Shown here: piece by piece, positions 9,859 to 19,537 of the stretch
Layout: every line of letters begins with the position of its first letter
Numbering within the stretch: position 1 is the stretch's first letter
From: an uncultured Planctomycetia bacterium
Lineage (GTDB): Bacteria > Omnitrophota > Gorgyraeia > 2-01-FULL-45-10
Reading direction: 5' to 3'
Assembly (NCBI GenBank): GCA_964433975.1
Contig: CAYSSS010000001.1
Location: forward strand, 78,257-142,256
Length of the DNA: 64,000 nucleotides
Notes under the pieces: model-generated
Databases searched by the model: none
The model's input: only the letters and a program-made list of their open reading frames with translations
Told to the model about the DNA's origin: nothing
Made by a program: the position numbers and the translations under genes

Positions 9859-10557
9859 ATGGTCTCCATAGTTTTACCGACCTATAATGAAAGCGAAAAC
9901 ATAGTAACTCTCATCGACGCGTTATCCCGCAATATAAAAGAGCCTCTCGAGGTGATCGTCGTAGATGACGACTCTCCCGACATGACCTGGAGGGTTGCCG
10001 AGGAGCACAAGGCTAACGGGGTAAGGGTTATCCGGCGCAATGAAAGAGGCTTGCCTTCGGCAATAGAGAGGGGCTTAAAAGAATCTAAAGGAGATATAGT
10101 GGGGTGGATGGACGCCGACATGAGCATGCCGGCATCCGCGCTGCCGGAGATGTTAAAGAGTCTCGATCAATATGATATTGCGATCGGGTCGAGGTATGCC
10201 CGAGGCGGTAAAGACGCCAGGGGGGCATTCAGAGTAGTAACGAGCAGGATAATAAATTGGTTCGCTCAAGTTATGCTCGGGTTCGATATAAGAGATTATG
10301 ACAGCGGTTTCATAGTATTTAAAAAGAATGTATTGCAGAAGGTCCCGTTTCCTTCCAAAGGCGGATACGGGGACTATTTTATAGAATTTGTTTTTAAATG
10401 CAAAAAAGCGGGATATAAAATAAAGGAGATTCCCTACACCTTTCAGGATAGAAAGAAGGGGACATCCAAAACCGCCGCCAGCCTTTCGGGATTCTTTACG
10501 CTGGGATTAGGGTATTTAAAACGGATAGTCCGCATAAGATTTGCCGGGTCAAAATAA
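9859..10557 (+). CDS. Polyprenol-phosphate sugar synthase (Dpm1/Ppm1-like GT2)
   Basis: PTYNE, VVDDDSPD.T, MDADMS, IGSRY, D..SGF, F.DR..G.SK. Confidence 0.85.
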   Translation: MVSIVLPTYNESENIVTLIDALSRNIKEPLEVIVVDDDSPDMTWRVAEEHKANGVRVIRRNERGLPSAIERGLKESKGDIVGWMDADMSMPASALPEMLKSLDQYDIAIGSRYARGGKDARGAFRVVTSRIINWFAQVMLGFDIRDYDSGFIVFKKNVLQKVPFPSKGGYGDYFIEFVFKCKKAGYKIKEIPYTFQDRKKGTSKTAASLSGFFTLGLGYLKRIVRIRFAGSK

Positions 10558-10574
10558 TCCAAGGAGATACTGAC

Positions 10575-10991
10575 ATGGTCGAATATATAAAATCAAAGAA
10601 AGGCAGCCTGATAGCGATAATCATGCCTCAGCATATAGATACAAAGGGGGCCACATTCTTTACTCCTCCGGAATTTTCCCAGCAGGTGGGGTTATTAAGG
10701 CACCGCAAAGGGTCAAAAGTAAGACCGCATGTCCACAAGCTGGTGAAGAGAAGGATAGAGAGAACGCAGGAAGTCCTCCATATTAAAAAAGGCAAAGTCG
10801 CGGTCTTTTTGTATGACGAGAAAGAAAAGTACCTTGGAACGCGCCTACTGAAGAAAGGCGATACGATACTTCTGGCAAGCGGAGGCCATGGGATAGAGGT
10901 CCTGGAAAACAGCTTGATCCTCGAGATCAAGCAGGGCCCGTATGCCGGAGTGGATGACAAGGAATATTTAAAAGAGAAAAAGGCGCGATGA
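10575..10991 (+). CDS. Small cupin-fold protein (WbuC-like)
   Basis: H.H...R....TQEV, GGHG, EIKQGPY cupin signature; overlaps per (ATGA). Confidence 0.65.
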   Translation: MVEYIKSKKGSLIAIIMPQHIDTKGATFFTPPEFSQQVGLLRHRKGSKVRPHVHKLVKRRIERTQEVLHIKKGKVAVFLYDEKEKYLGTRLLKKGDTILLASGGHGIEVLENSLILEIKQGPYAGVDDKEYLKEKKAR

Positions 10992-12118
10992 TCCCCGTAA
11001 ACGAACCTTTAATAGGAAAAGAAGAGCTAAAAAATATCACCGATTGCGTGAAGTCCGGATGGATATCTTCGAAGGGGAGGTACATAAAAGAGTTTGAAGT
11101 GAAATTTGCCGAATTTTGCGGTGTCCGGTATGGTATTTCCACGACGAGTGGAACAACGGCGCTGCATCTTGCCCTTGCTTGTTTGGGGATAAGAAAAGGC
11201 GACGAAGTCATCATGCCCACCTTCACGATGATCGCGACAGCTTACGCCGTCATGTATCTTGGCGCCAAACCGGTATTTATCGACAGCGAAGAGAGGACAT
11301 GGAATATGGATGTGTCCAAGGTTGAAGAATCGATCAACCCCAAGACCAAAGTGCTGCTTCCCGTGCATATATACGGCCATCCTGTCGATATGGATCCCAT
11401 CATGGCCTTGGCAAAAAAACATGATCTTTTTGTAATAGAGGACGCCGCTGAGGCTCATGGCGCGAAATATAAGGGCAAGGTTTGCGGCTCGATGGGCGAT
11501 ATCAATTGTTTTTCGTTCTACGCGAACAAGGTGATAACGACGGGCGAGGGGGGTATGGTGGTTACCGATGACAAAAAATTATCCGAAAAGGCGAGGCTGC
11601 TGAAAGACCTTTCCCATTCCCCGAAACAGCGCTTTTTGCATACAGCGCTTGCTTATAACTATCGTATGACAAATATGCAGGCGGCGATAGGGCTTGCCCA
11701 GACCGAAAAGGCAAGAGCTCTTATTGAGAAAAAAAGGCGCATAGCCGGCCTCTATAATGATAACCTGAAAGATATTGAAGGGTTAAGATTGCCGATAGAG
11801 GAGAAGTGGGCGAAGAGCGTATACTGGATGTATTCAATTCTGGTTGAAAAAGATTTCGGACTGGATAGAGACCGATTTAGGTCAGAATTATTGAAAGAAG
11901 GGGTCGAGACGCGTTCATTCTTCGTTCCTATGCACCGGCAGCCGGTGATACAAAAGATGGGGCTCGCGGGCAAAAAGAGGAGATATCCCGTTTCCGATTA
12001 TATTTCCGACCATGGCCTCTATCTGCCTACCGGACTTGCTCTTAAACATAAAGATGTATTGCTTGTCTGCGAAAAGATAAGAAAGATACAGAAGAGATAT
12101 GCGTCCAGAACGCGATAA
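10988..12118 (+). CDS. per: DegT/DnrJ aminotransferase, GDP-perosamine synthase-like
   Basis: SGWISS.G, SGTTALHLAL, EDAAEAHG, SFYANKVITTGEGG, YNYRMTNMQAAIG; adjacent to gmd. Confidence 0.8.
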   Translation: MIPVNEPLIGKEELKNITDCVKSGWISSKGRYIKEFEVKFAEFCGVRYGISTTSGTTALHLALACLGIRKGDEVIMPTFTMIATAYAVMYLGAKPVFIDSEERTWNMDVSKVEESINPKTKVLLPVHIYGHPVDMDPIMALAKKHDLFVIEDAAEAHGAKYKGKVCGSMGDINCFSFYANKVITTGEGGMVVTDDKKLSEKARLLKDLSHSPKQRFLHTALAYNYRMTNMQAAIGLAQTEKARALIEKKRRIAGLYNDNLKDIEGLRLPIEEKWAKSVYWMYSILVEKDFGLDRDRFRSELLKEGVETRSFFVPMHRQPVIQKMGLAGKKRRYPVSDYISDHGLYLPTGLALKHKDVLLVCEKIRKIQKRYASRTR

Positions 12119-13508
12119 AATAAATTTTATCCTGTCGCACCTGGTATTTCTCTTATCGATCATCGTAATATTCTATATCCCCCGATTCTATCCCGTAGTC
12201 CATGAAAATTTTTTGCCTCCCATGGATAGGGTTTTGCGTTTCTATATCATAGGGGTATTCTCCGTATCATTTCTGGCGTATTATCTGTGCGTCCATTTCT
12301 ATAAAAAATCCGGGATATCGGTCTTTAAGCCGGGCTCTCTATCGGTATATTTCTGGATAAGTACGATAGCCGTATTTCTAGTGCTCTGCAGCTCTTCCGC
12401 GCTATTGTCTCATGATCTGTTCGAGTATTCCGTAAGAGGCCGCATGCTCAGTATCTATAAGCTAAATCCGTACCTTCATGTGCCATTGGAGATCAAGAGT
12501 GATATCTTCTTTCCGTTGATATTCTGGAAAAGTACTCCGGAGTGTTATGGGCCGTTATGGGTGGCTATAGGGGCGGTGCATACTCTCTTTTTTAAAAACA
12601 GCGTAGCCCTGACCTCATTCATGCATAAGCTGGTGCTTCTGGCTTTTTTAGGCATGACTTCATCTGTTTTTTACAGACTATGCAAGGACAATATCTCCGA
12701 GGACGCCGGAACGATGACTTTAGCCTTTTTACTAAACCCTTTAGTCCTGGTAATGACGCTGATAGACGGCCATAACGAGATCGCCATGGCTTTTTTTATA
12801 CTTTCGGCCTTTTATCTTCTGGTTAATTCGAAATATAAGCTTTCATCTGCGTTTCTCGCGCTTGCCATAGCCGTCAAGTTCGTCTATATACTGTTCATTC
12901 CTTTATTTATCCTTCATCTCTTATCCCGCAAGGAGGTGCAGGGTTTTGGATGGAAAGTCTATACCTTGATAATGGGAGGCGCCGTCTTTCTGTTTACCAC
13001 GGCAGTCATGTGGCTTCCGTTCGGCAGGGAGAGCGTCAAAGCCATTATTTACTATTACAGCGAATTAAGTAAAAATTTCTGGGTCGATTCGATCCCTTAC
13101 GCCGTATATTTTGTTTCGGAAAAGATGGGGTTCGCGATCTCGAAAGACCTGCTCGCGAATATTTTCTTTGCACTCTTTATAGCGGCCTATCTCTGTATAT
13201 TGGGATATTTCCTGAAGAGGACGAAGATGGACAAACAGGCATTATTCACATCATCCGCTCTAATATTGCTCGCGCTGCTATTTACCAATTCATCGCCGTT
13301 CCAGACCTGGTACTTGATATGGGTGATCCCTTTCATTTTATTAAGCAGTATAAGACTGAAGTTCCAGCTCGTATTTCTCCTGTCCTATTTCTTAATAATG
13401 ACCTTCTGGAAACGCATGTTTGTACTGGCCGTGCCGATGATGGCTGTATGGCTTAGCATGTATTTAGTTGACAAAAAATTTCATAGATTCCCGCTTGCGC
13501 GGGAATGA
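12099..13508 (+). CDS. GT-C membrane glycosyltransferase, MptA/MptB-like (polyprenol-P-sugar dependent)
   Basis: LSHDLFEY...G, NPY, YGPLW, LNPL, GHNE, PFQTWYLIW; many TM helices. Confidence 0.7.
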   Translation: MRPERDKINFILSHLVFLLSIIVIFYIPRFYPVVHENFLPPMDRVLRFYIIGVFSVSFLAYYLCVHFYKKSGISVFKPGSLSVYFWISTIAVFLVLCSSSALLSHDLFEYSVRGRMLSIYKLNPYLHVPLEIKSDIFFPLIFWKSTPECYGPLWVAIGAVHTLFFKNSVALTSFMHKLVLLAFLGMTSSVFYRLCKDNISEDAGTMTLAFLLNPLVLVMTLIDGHNEIAMAFFILSAFYLLVNSKYKLSSAFLALAIAVKFVYILFIPLFILHLLSRKEVQGFGWKVYTLIMGGAVFLFTTAVMWLPFGRESVKAIIYYYSELSKNFWVDSIPYAVYFVSEKMGFAISKDLLANIFFALFIAAYLCILGYFLKRTKMDKQALFTSSALILLALLFTNSSPFQTWYLIWVIPFILLSSIRLKFQLVFLLSYFLIMTFWKRMFVLAVPMMAVWLSMYLVDKKFHRFPLARE

Positions 13509-13510
13509 CA
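13485..13510 (-). repeat. TGTC-tagged short palindromic element (TGTCATTCCCGCGCAAGCGGGAATCT)
   Basis: Perfect 8-bp inverted repeat ATTCCCGC (13487-13494) / GCGGGAAT (13499-13506) with a 4-nt loop and a GACA tag. Same ATTCCC-N8-GGGAAT layout as dRS3-like / CGTC-type repeats. Confidence 0.75.
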
Positions 13511-14929
13511 GAAGTGAAAATACGCGAGGCTATTTTGAAGGATCGTGAGGCTATTTTGAAGGATAGGGTATTCTGGCTGCTTCTGGTATTTGCCGCTCTT
13601 TATATACTGGGTAATATAGGCACGGGAAGCCTTTCGACGTTCGACGAGGCGATTTACGCCAATATATCAAAAAACATCGTCAAAACAGGCGACTGGCTGG
13701 TAATGCGCCAGGGTGTTAAGCCATGGTTCGATAAGCCGCCCCTATATATGTGGTGTACGGCCGTTCTTTACAAAATATTGGGAGTGAGCGAATTTTCTAC
13801 AAGGCTGACATCGGGCATACTTGGCATAGCGGCGGTTATGATCCTGTATCTCTTCGCAAAAAAAATGACAGATAAGATCACGGCCTCTCTGGCCGGCCTG
13901 ATACTCTTGGCTCTGCCGCACTATATCCATTTTTCCAAGATGGGTATGATGGATGTCCCGATAACCTTTTTTACGCTGCTTACGCTTTATCTCTTTTGGC
14001 TTGGAATGGAGAGGGAAAAATATCTATTTTATTCAGGGGCGATACTCTGTGTAGCATATTTAATGAAAGGCTTTGCGGCATTTTTGCCTTTATTCATAAT
14101 CATCGTTTATGCGGTACTATCCAAAAATGTCCGCTTTCTGCTTAAGCGGCAATTCCTGCTTGGCACGGCGCTGGCTCTTTCAGTGATCTTTGTATGGCAT
14201 CTGGCACAACTTATGCTCTTGGGGCCGACCGCCCTTAAAGAATATTTTGGTTTTCATATATTTCAAAGGGCGACTTCCGTGCTCGAGGGACACAAAGGGG
14301 GATTCGATTACTATATACGGGTAATTTTTAAGAAGAACATCCCCTGGTCAATTTTGATCTTCTCCTCTATTTTTTACGCGGCTTATAGATATTTTAAAGA
14401 CAAGGACAAAAGGCTGTTGTTTTTGTTGAGCTGGGTATTTGTCACATTCTTTCTGTATAGCGCGGTAAGGACCAAATTGCAATGGTATATCATGCCTATA
14501 TATCCGGCCCTCGCGCTATTGTCGGCGTTTTTGCTGAAGGGATTTTTAAGAAAGAATCTCATTTATATCGCGTTTGTCGTTATCCTGGCAGGGATGCTGG
14601 TCCAGGTCCCGCTATCGTGGGCATTTAGGCTGGACTATACCCCTGATATAAAGAATGTTTCGCAGATAGGGAGAGGTCTTCATACAGACGGAAATGATAT
14701 ATATATGATAAGCGGGAACGACTCCGAGATATTCTATTACGACTTCGCTATAGAGCTTGATAAAGAAGTATATCGGTCCCTTATGTCGCAAGGCAAGGGG
14801 AAGATCTATTGCATAATACTGCCGGGCATGTTTAAAGATAAGAAGGAAGATTATAATTTTGACGCGGAGCCAATTTATGAGTCAAACAGGACTTCCTTTT
14901 ACAGAATAAAATTTAAGGACAGGAAATAA
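13505..14929 (+). CDS. ArnT-like (GT83) lipid-linked sugar transferase
   Basis: FDEAIYA, WFDKPPL, EFSTRL, MMDVP, LMKG, KLQWYIMPIYP. Confidence 0.85.
   Translation: MTEVKIREAILKDREAILKDRVFWLLLVFAALYILGNIGTGSLSTFDEAIYANISKNIVKTGDWLVMRQGVKPWFDKPPLYMWCTAVLYKILGVSEFSTRLTSGILGIAAVMILYLFAKKMTDKITASLAGLILLALPHYIHFSKMGMMDVPITFFTLLTLYLFWLGMEREKYLFYSGAILCVAYLMKGFAAFLPLFIIIVYAVLSKNVRFLLKRQFLLGTALALSVIFVWHLAQLMLLGPTALKEYFGFHIFQRATSVLEGHKGGFDYYIRVIFKKNIPWSILIFSSIFYAAYRYFKDKDKRLLFLLSWVFVTFFLYSAVRTKLQWYIMPIYPALALLSAFLLKGFLRKNLIYIAFVVILAGMLVQVPLSWAFRLDYTPDIKNVSQIGRGLHTDGNDIYMISGNDSEIFYYDFAIELDKEVYRSLMSQGKGKIYCIILPGMFKDKKEDYNFDAEPIYESNRTSFYRIKFKDRK
13523..13564 (+). repeat. 21-bp tandem duplication (REAILKD x2)
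   Basis: CGCGAGGCTATTTTGAAGGAT followed directly by CGTGAGGCTATTTTGAAGGAT (1 mismatch). Confidence 0.9.
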
Positions 14930-14931
14930 AT

Positions 14932-15645
14932 ATGTCTGTTTACTTATCGATAATAATACCTGCTTATAACGAAGAAAAGAGGATAGGCCCGACCCTTTCC
15001 AATGTGTGCGGCTTTTTTAAAACAAAAAATTATGAGTACGAAGTTATTCTTGTCGATGACGGCAGCAGCGACAGGACCGTCTCGGAAGCCGAAGATAGCG
15101 AGCTGGCGAATACAGGTAAGCTGAAGATAGTCAAAAACAGCGTGAATAAGGGTAAGGGGTTCTCCGTAAAGAACGGCATATTAAAGAGCTTAGGTGAGTA
15201 CGTGCTCTTCAGCGACGCGGACTTATCTACGCCTATAGAGGAGGCGGATAAGCTCTTCGATCACATAGGCAAAGGTTACGATATAGTGATCGGCTCGCGC
15301 AGTATCGCCGGATCCAACGTAAAGGTACGCCAGCCTTTCTATAGGGAGAAGATGGGCAGGATATTCAATTATTTTATAAATAGCCTCTTGATGGGCGGGT
15401 TTATCGATACGCAATGCGGTTTTAAGCTTTTCAAGGGCAGTGTGGCCAGGCAGATCGGTAAAGAGCTTACAATAAACGGTTTTTGTTTTGATGTCGAGAT
15501 GCTCTATCTAGCCAGGAAAGAGGGCTATAAGATCGCGGAGGTAGGTATCACGTGGGAGAATTCACCTCAAAGCAAGGTGCGCGTCTTTAGCAGCTCTCTT
15601 TCTATGTTTATAGATCTTCTAAAGATAAAGAGAAGGCACGGATGA
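14932..15645 (+). CDS. Dolichyl/undecaprenyl-phosphate glycosyltransferase (ALG5/DPG-synthase-like GT2)
   Basis: IIPAYNEE.RI, VDDGS.D.T, N.GKG.SV..G, FSDADLSTP, DTQCGFK, FDVE. Confidence 0.88.
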   Translation: MSVYLSIIIPAYNEEKRIGPTLSNVCGFFKTKNYEYEVILVDDGSSDRTVSEAEDSELANTGKLKIVKNSVNKGKGFSVKNGILKSLGEYVLFSDADLSTPIEEADKLFDHIGKGYDIVIGSRSIAGSNVKVRQPFYREKMGRIFNYFINSLLMGGFIDTQCGFKLFKGSVARQIGKELTINGFCFDVEMLYLARKEGYKIAEVGITWENSPQSKVRVFSSSLSMFIDLLKIKRRHG

Positions 15646-17363
15646 GATTTCATAAATCAAATTACCCGATATTAGTCATCATAGCCATAGGATTGTCTCT
15701 TCGTATATGGGGAATCAATTTTGGTCTGCCATACCAATTTCACCAGGATGAACCGATCATAGTCAATCATGCCCTCGCATACGGGACGGGGGACCTAAAC
15801 CCGCATTTTTTCATAATTCCACCACTCGCTTCTTATCTACTGTTCGGTTTTTATGTCCTTTATTTTTTTATAGGCAGCATATCCGGCATATTCACAGGCG
15901 TGGAACAGTTCTCCTTAAGTTTCTTCAGAGATCCAACGCCTTTTTATATTATCGGGAGGGTTATCCTTGGCGTATTGCCGAGTATCTTGAGCGTATATTT
16001 AATATATAAGCTGGCGATAAGGTTTTTTTCAAAGAAAGCTGCGCTTTACGCGTCGCTTATCATGGCCGTTACATTTTTAAACGTTATCAACGCGCATTAC
16101 GCGTATGCCGACAACCTGCTCGTATTTTTTGTGCTACTGGCCTATCTGGCAATGTCGATGCTTATGGACAGTCCAAAAATATCCAATTATGTTATTGCGG
16201 GGATATTAACCGGTCTGGCTATTGCCACGAAATATAATGCCGTATTGCTTGTTGTGCCATTGCTTGTTGCTCACATCGTAACTTTCCGTCATTGCGAGGA
16301 GTCCCGCCGCTTTTTGGCGGGACGACGAAGCAATCTCATTAACCTAAATTTGCTGATATTCGGCGCAACGGCCGTCTTTACGTTTATCATATGCAATCCC
16401 TACTCTCTTCTCGATGCAGGCTTCTTCTGGGAGTCACTGACCCACAGGATAAGGGGCGGCTACAGGGGGATGGGACATCACCTTACATATTCATTATTTG
16501 AAGGCGCTGGAGCTGCTCCGGTCATATTGGGAATCATAGGATTGGGCTGGCTCTTAAAAAAAGATCTTAAGAAAGGGATCTTTCTCATCTCTTTTCCGGC
16601 TATTTTTTATCTGCACCTTATTTTCAAAAGCCAGTCGTTCCCGAGGTATGCGCTGCCCGTGATCCCTTTTTTGGCCATCGGACTATCGTTTTTACTCTTC
16701 GGTCTATACGAAAGACTGAAGACGAACGCTTTAAAGGCGGCCATAGTCGCCGTCTCGTTGATTCTTGTTATGCCTACGGCCGCGAAGTCTATCAAGGCGG
16801 ACATGCTCTTTGCGGGCAAAGATACGCGTATAGAGGCAAAGGAGTGGATGGAGAAGAATATACGGCCCCGGACGCGTATAGCGCTTGCCCACACGTTCTT
16901 CAGTCCTCCGCTTGAACAGACGACGGAACAGTTGAAAGAGAAAGAGGGCATACTTTCAGGGCAGCCGGAACTGAAGGATCTGAAGAGCAAAAAACTGGAA
17001 CTTCTCATAAAAGGCCGTAAGGCCCCCATTACATATCAGGTATACTACTTAAGGGGTGACAATGAAGCTCCCGGCCAATTCCTGAATTTCTGGCCGGTGA
17101 TAGAGAATTCAGTGAACGATCTACGGAAAAATGATATCACTTACGTAATCTTTAATAATACGGACCCGTCCGAAGCGTTAAAAGAGTTGCAAAAGGAAGC
17201 GGGTAGTATATTTAAGCCGGTTGCCGTATTCAGCCCTTATGTGGATGATAAATTCAGGCTTCCATACGACCCGATAGAGCTTACATGCTTGCCCGCGGGG
17301 ACTAAAGAGCTCTTCTCAAGGCGCGCCGCGGGGCCATATCTGGTCATCTATAAAATAAAATGA
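15642..17363 (+). CDS. GT-C membrane glycosyltransferase (PMT_2/GT39-like) carrying an in-frame palindromic insertion
   Basis: GLP...HQDE, NPHFF..PP, ATKYNA, PRYALP; insert reads RHCEESRRFLAGRRSNL. Confidence 0.8.
   Translation: MRFHKSNYPILVIIAIGLSLRIWGINFGLPYQFHQDEPIIVNHALAYGTGDLNPHFFIIPPLASYLLFGFYVLYFFIGSISGIFTGVEQFSLSFFRDPTPFYIIGRVILGVLPSILSVYLIYKLAIRFFSKKAALYASLIMAVTFLNVINAHYAYADNLLVFFVLLAYLAMSMLMDSPKISNYVIAGILTGLAIATKYNAVLLVVPLLVAHIVTFRHCEESRRFLAGRRSNLINLNLLIFGATAVFTFIICNPYSLLDAGFFWESLTHRIRGGYRGMGHHLTYSLFEGAGAAPVILGIIGLGWLLKKDLKKGIFLISFPAIFYLHLIFKSQSFPRYALPVIPFLAIGLSFLLFGLYERLKTNALKAAIVAVSLILVMPTAAKSIKADMLFAGKDTRIEAKEWMEKNIRPRTRIALAHTFFSPPLEQTTEQLKEKEGILSGQPELKDLKSKKLELLIKGRKAPITYQVYYLRGDNEAPGQFLNFWPVIENSVNDLRKNDITYVIFNNTDPSEALKELQKEAGSIFKPVAVFSPYVDDKFRLPYDPIELTCLPAGTKELFSRRAAGPYLVIYKIK
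16287..16337 (+). repeat. CGTC-tagged palindromic element, copy 1 (in-frame in CDS)
   Basis: CGTC-ATTGC-GAGGA-GTCCCGCC-gcttttt-GGCGGGAC-GACGAA-GCAAT-CTC: outer ATTGC/GCAAT arms and an inner perfect 8-bp hairpin. Shares both ends with the copy at 20169. Confidence 0.88.
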
Positions 17364-19534
17364 CGACACTTAAAAATCATATAGGGTTCGTAGCGTTTTT
17401 TTCTTTCATAATAGCGGTATTCTTATACCCCCTCATAACCATGCGGGGAGGATTTATATGGGGAGATTCATTCGTTCAATTCTATCCTTGGTCGAAGGTT
17501 TACGCCGAAAGCATAAAATCTTTTTCATTTCCCTACTGGATAAGAGCAATGGGCAGCGGATTTCCTCTCATGGCCGAAGGCCAGGTGGGAGGTTTTTATC
17601 CGCTTAATATATTGTTATTCTTTATCCTGCCGTTCAAGATCGCGTATAACTATTCGGTCGTCCTTCACTTCGTAATGGGGGGTATTTTTACTTATCTCTA
17701 CAGCCGTAAGTTGGGCGCGGATCAATCCGGCGGCAGCCTCGCTGCGCTGCTCTTCTGTTTCGGTAGCGCTTACGCCGGATGTTTTTATAATATAGTTACG
17801 CTACGCACTCTGGCGTGGTTCCCTCTGGTTCTACTACTGATAGAGCGCTATTTTGAGAAGGAAGAGCCAAGATATATATTGTTCGGCGGTGTAATACTGG
17901 GATTGCAGTTTCTTGCGGGATTCGTGCAGATGGCCGCATACAGCGCTATTTTCTATTTAGCGTATTTTATTTATAAGGCGATAATAGAGAAGAAGAGCCT
18001 ATGGAAGATCGCAAGGTCTTTATCAGTCTTTTTTACCACAGCCATTTTGATAGCATTGCCTCAACTTTTGCTTACCTATCAATTGGTCGGATTATCGAAC
18101 AGGGAAGGGGCCACAGCGGGATTTGCGCTATGGGGATCGGTCTTTCCTTCGGGATTATTGGGAACCGTCTTTCCTTACTCCTTCTCTTTTAAGGGAGATC
18201 TTTATGTAGGCATATTGAGCCTTTTATTTGTTATATTCAGTGCCTACTCACTAAAAAAATATAAAAATACAAGGCCGCTTGTGTTGATCCTGATACTGTC
18301 TCTCTTCATGGCTCTCGGGAGGTACAACCCTATTTATTTTGCGTTAATAAAGATCACCAAATTATATATCTTCAGGAATCCGTCCAAGTTCTTATTTTTC
18401 GCCTCCTTTTCATTATCGGTCCTGGCCGGGATAGGGTTGACCCGGTATTTTAATGCCAAAGATGCCGCACCAAAACGAAAAAGTAATTTTTTATTTTTCA
18501 TTACTCTAACCACAGCGGGAATTGCGTTTTTTGCGGTAAAACTTTCACTGATCTTGTTCAGGCGCAATATTATCAGTTTTGGAGATTATTTTGTACGCAA
18601 TTTTATATACAATAAACCGCATCACCGTTACAGCCTGGAATTTTATATAGATAAGTTCAGGATGTCGTATGACGCGATATTGGGCAATTTTTCCTTCTCG
18701 AGCGTTTTCGTGATTTTGTCATGGGTTGTGTTTATTGCAGCGTTTTTATTCTGTTTGATACGTTTAGGGAGAAAGTCGAAGTATATTGCTATCGCGTTGA
18801 TATTTATCGATATCTTTATATTCAGTCTTTACGGAAAAGGTTTTAGCCATAATATAAAGCCATTTTCATATTTGGCTGCGGAAGATAGGGTCTTTCTGGA
18901 ATACCTTAAGAGGGACCGCGATATATATAGAGTGCTCCCATTTAATATAAGGTCCGGAAGATTGCCCAATTGGGCCATGCCTAATTCGAATATCATTCAT
19001 GGAATAGATAGCGTCGCGTGCTACACGCCGCTTGTAACCAGGGCCTATAGAGATAAGCTTCTTGATCTTGGGGCAATAGATGATTCTCTGGGGTTTGTTA
19101 ACGCCAAAGAAGGCGCGATAAGCGCCGATACCCAGATGCTGCGGTTACTGAACGTTAAGTATATAATATCGCCGGATGAGTTGAATGATCAAGTGCTGGA
19201 AAAGGTATATGCGGATAACAGTCTATTCCTGTACAGGATGAAGGGGTCTTATCCACGGCTATTCTTTTCCTCTAGTATAGCGCCAGATGTAAGGCAGTCG
19301 CCTTTAGCGAGCACTAAAATATTAACATATAGAGATGGATTTATCGAAGCTGAGATAACGGCATATGATGATGGATTTGTAGTCTTTTCTGAAAACTACT
19401 ATCCGGGATGGCGCGTGTTTATCGACGGGAAAAAGAAAGATATAATAAAAGTAATGGATATCCTGCAGGCCGTTGCGATAGACAAAGGATATCATAAAGT
19501 TTTGTTCATCTACAGACCACGGTTTTTAGGATAA
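17360..19534 (+). CDS. YfhO-family GT-C membrane protein
   Basis: GDSFVQFYP, GSGFPLMAEGQ.G.FYPLN, FRNPSKF, C-terminal ENYYPGW.V.IDG domain. Confidence 0.8.
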   Translation: MTTLKNHIGFVAFFSFIIAVFLYPLITMRGGFIWGDSFVQFYPWSKVYAESIKSFSFPYWIRAMGSGFPLMAEGQVGGFYPLNILLFFILPFKIAYNYSVVLHFVMGGIFTYLYSRKLGADQSGGSLAALLFCFGSAYAGCFYNIVTLRTLAWFPLVLLLIERYFEKEEPRYILFGGVILGLQFLAGFVQMAAYSAIFYLAYFIYKAIIEKKSLWKIARSLSVFFTTAILIALPQLLLTYQLVGLSNREGATAGFALWGSVFPSGLLGTVFPYSFSFKGDLYVGILSLLFVIFSAYSLKKYKNTRPLVLILILSLFMALGRYNPIYFALIKITKLYIFRNPSKFLFFASFSLSVLAGIGLTRYFNAKDAAPKRKSNFLFFITLTTAGIAFFAVKLSLILFRRNIISFGDYFVRNFIYNKPHHRYSLEFYIDKFRMSYDAILGNFSFSSVFVILSWVVFIAAFLFCLIRLGRKSKYIAIALIFIDIFIFSLYGKGFSHNIKPFSYLAAEDRVFLEYLKRDRDIYRVLPFNIRSGRLPNWAMPNSNIIHGIDSVACYTPLVTRAYRDKLLDLGAIDDSLGFVNAKEGAISADTQMLRLLNVKYIISPDELNDQVLEKVYADNSLFLYRMKGSYPRLFFSSSIAPDVRQSPLASTKILTYRDGFIEAEITAYDDGFVVFSENYYPGWRVFIDGKKKDIIKVMDILQAVAIDKGYHKVLFIYRPRFLG

Positions 19535-19537
19535 ATA

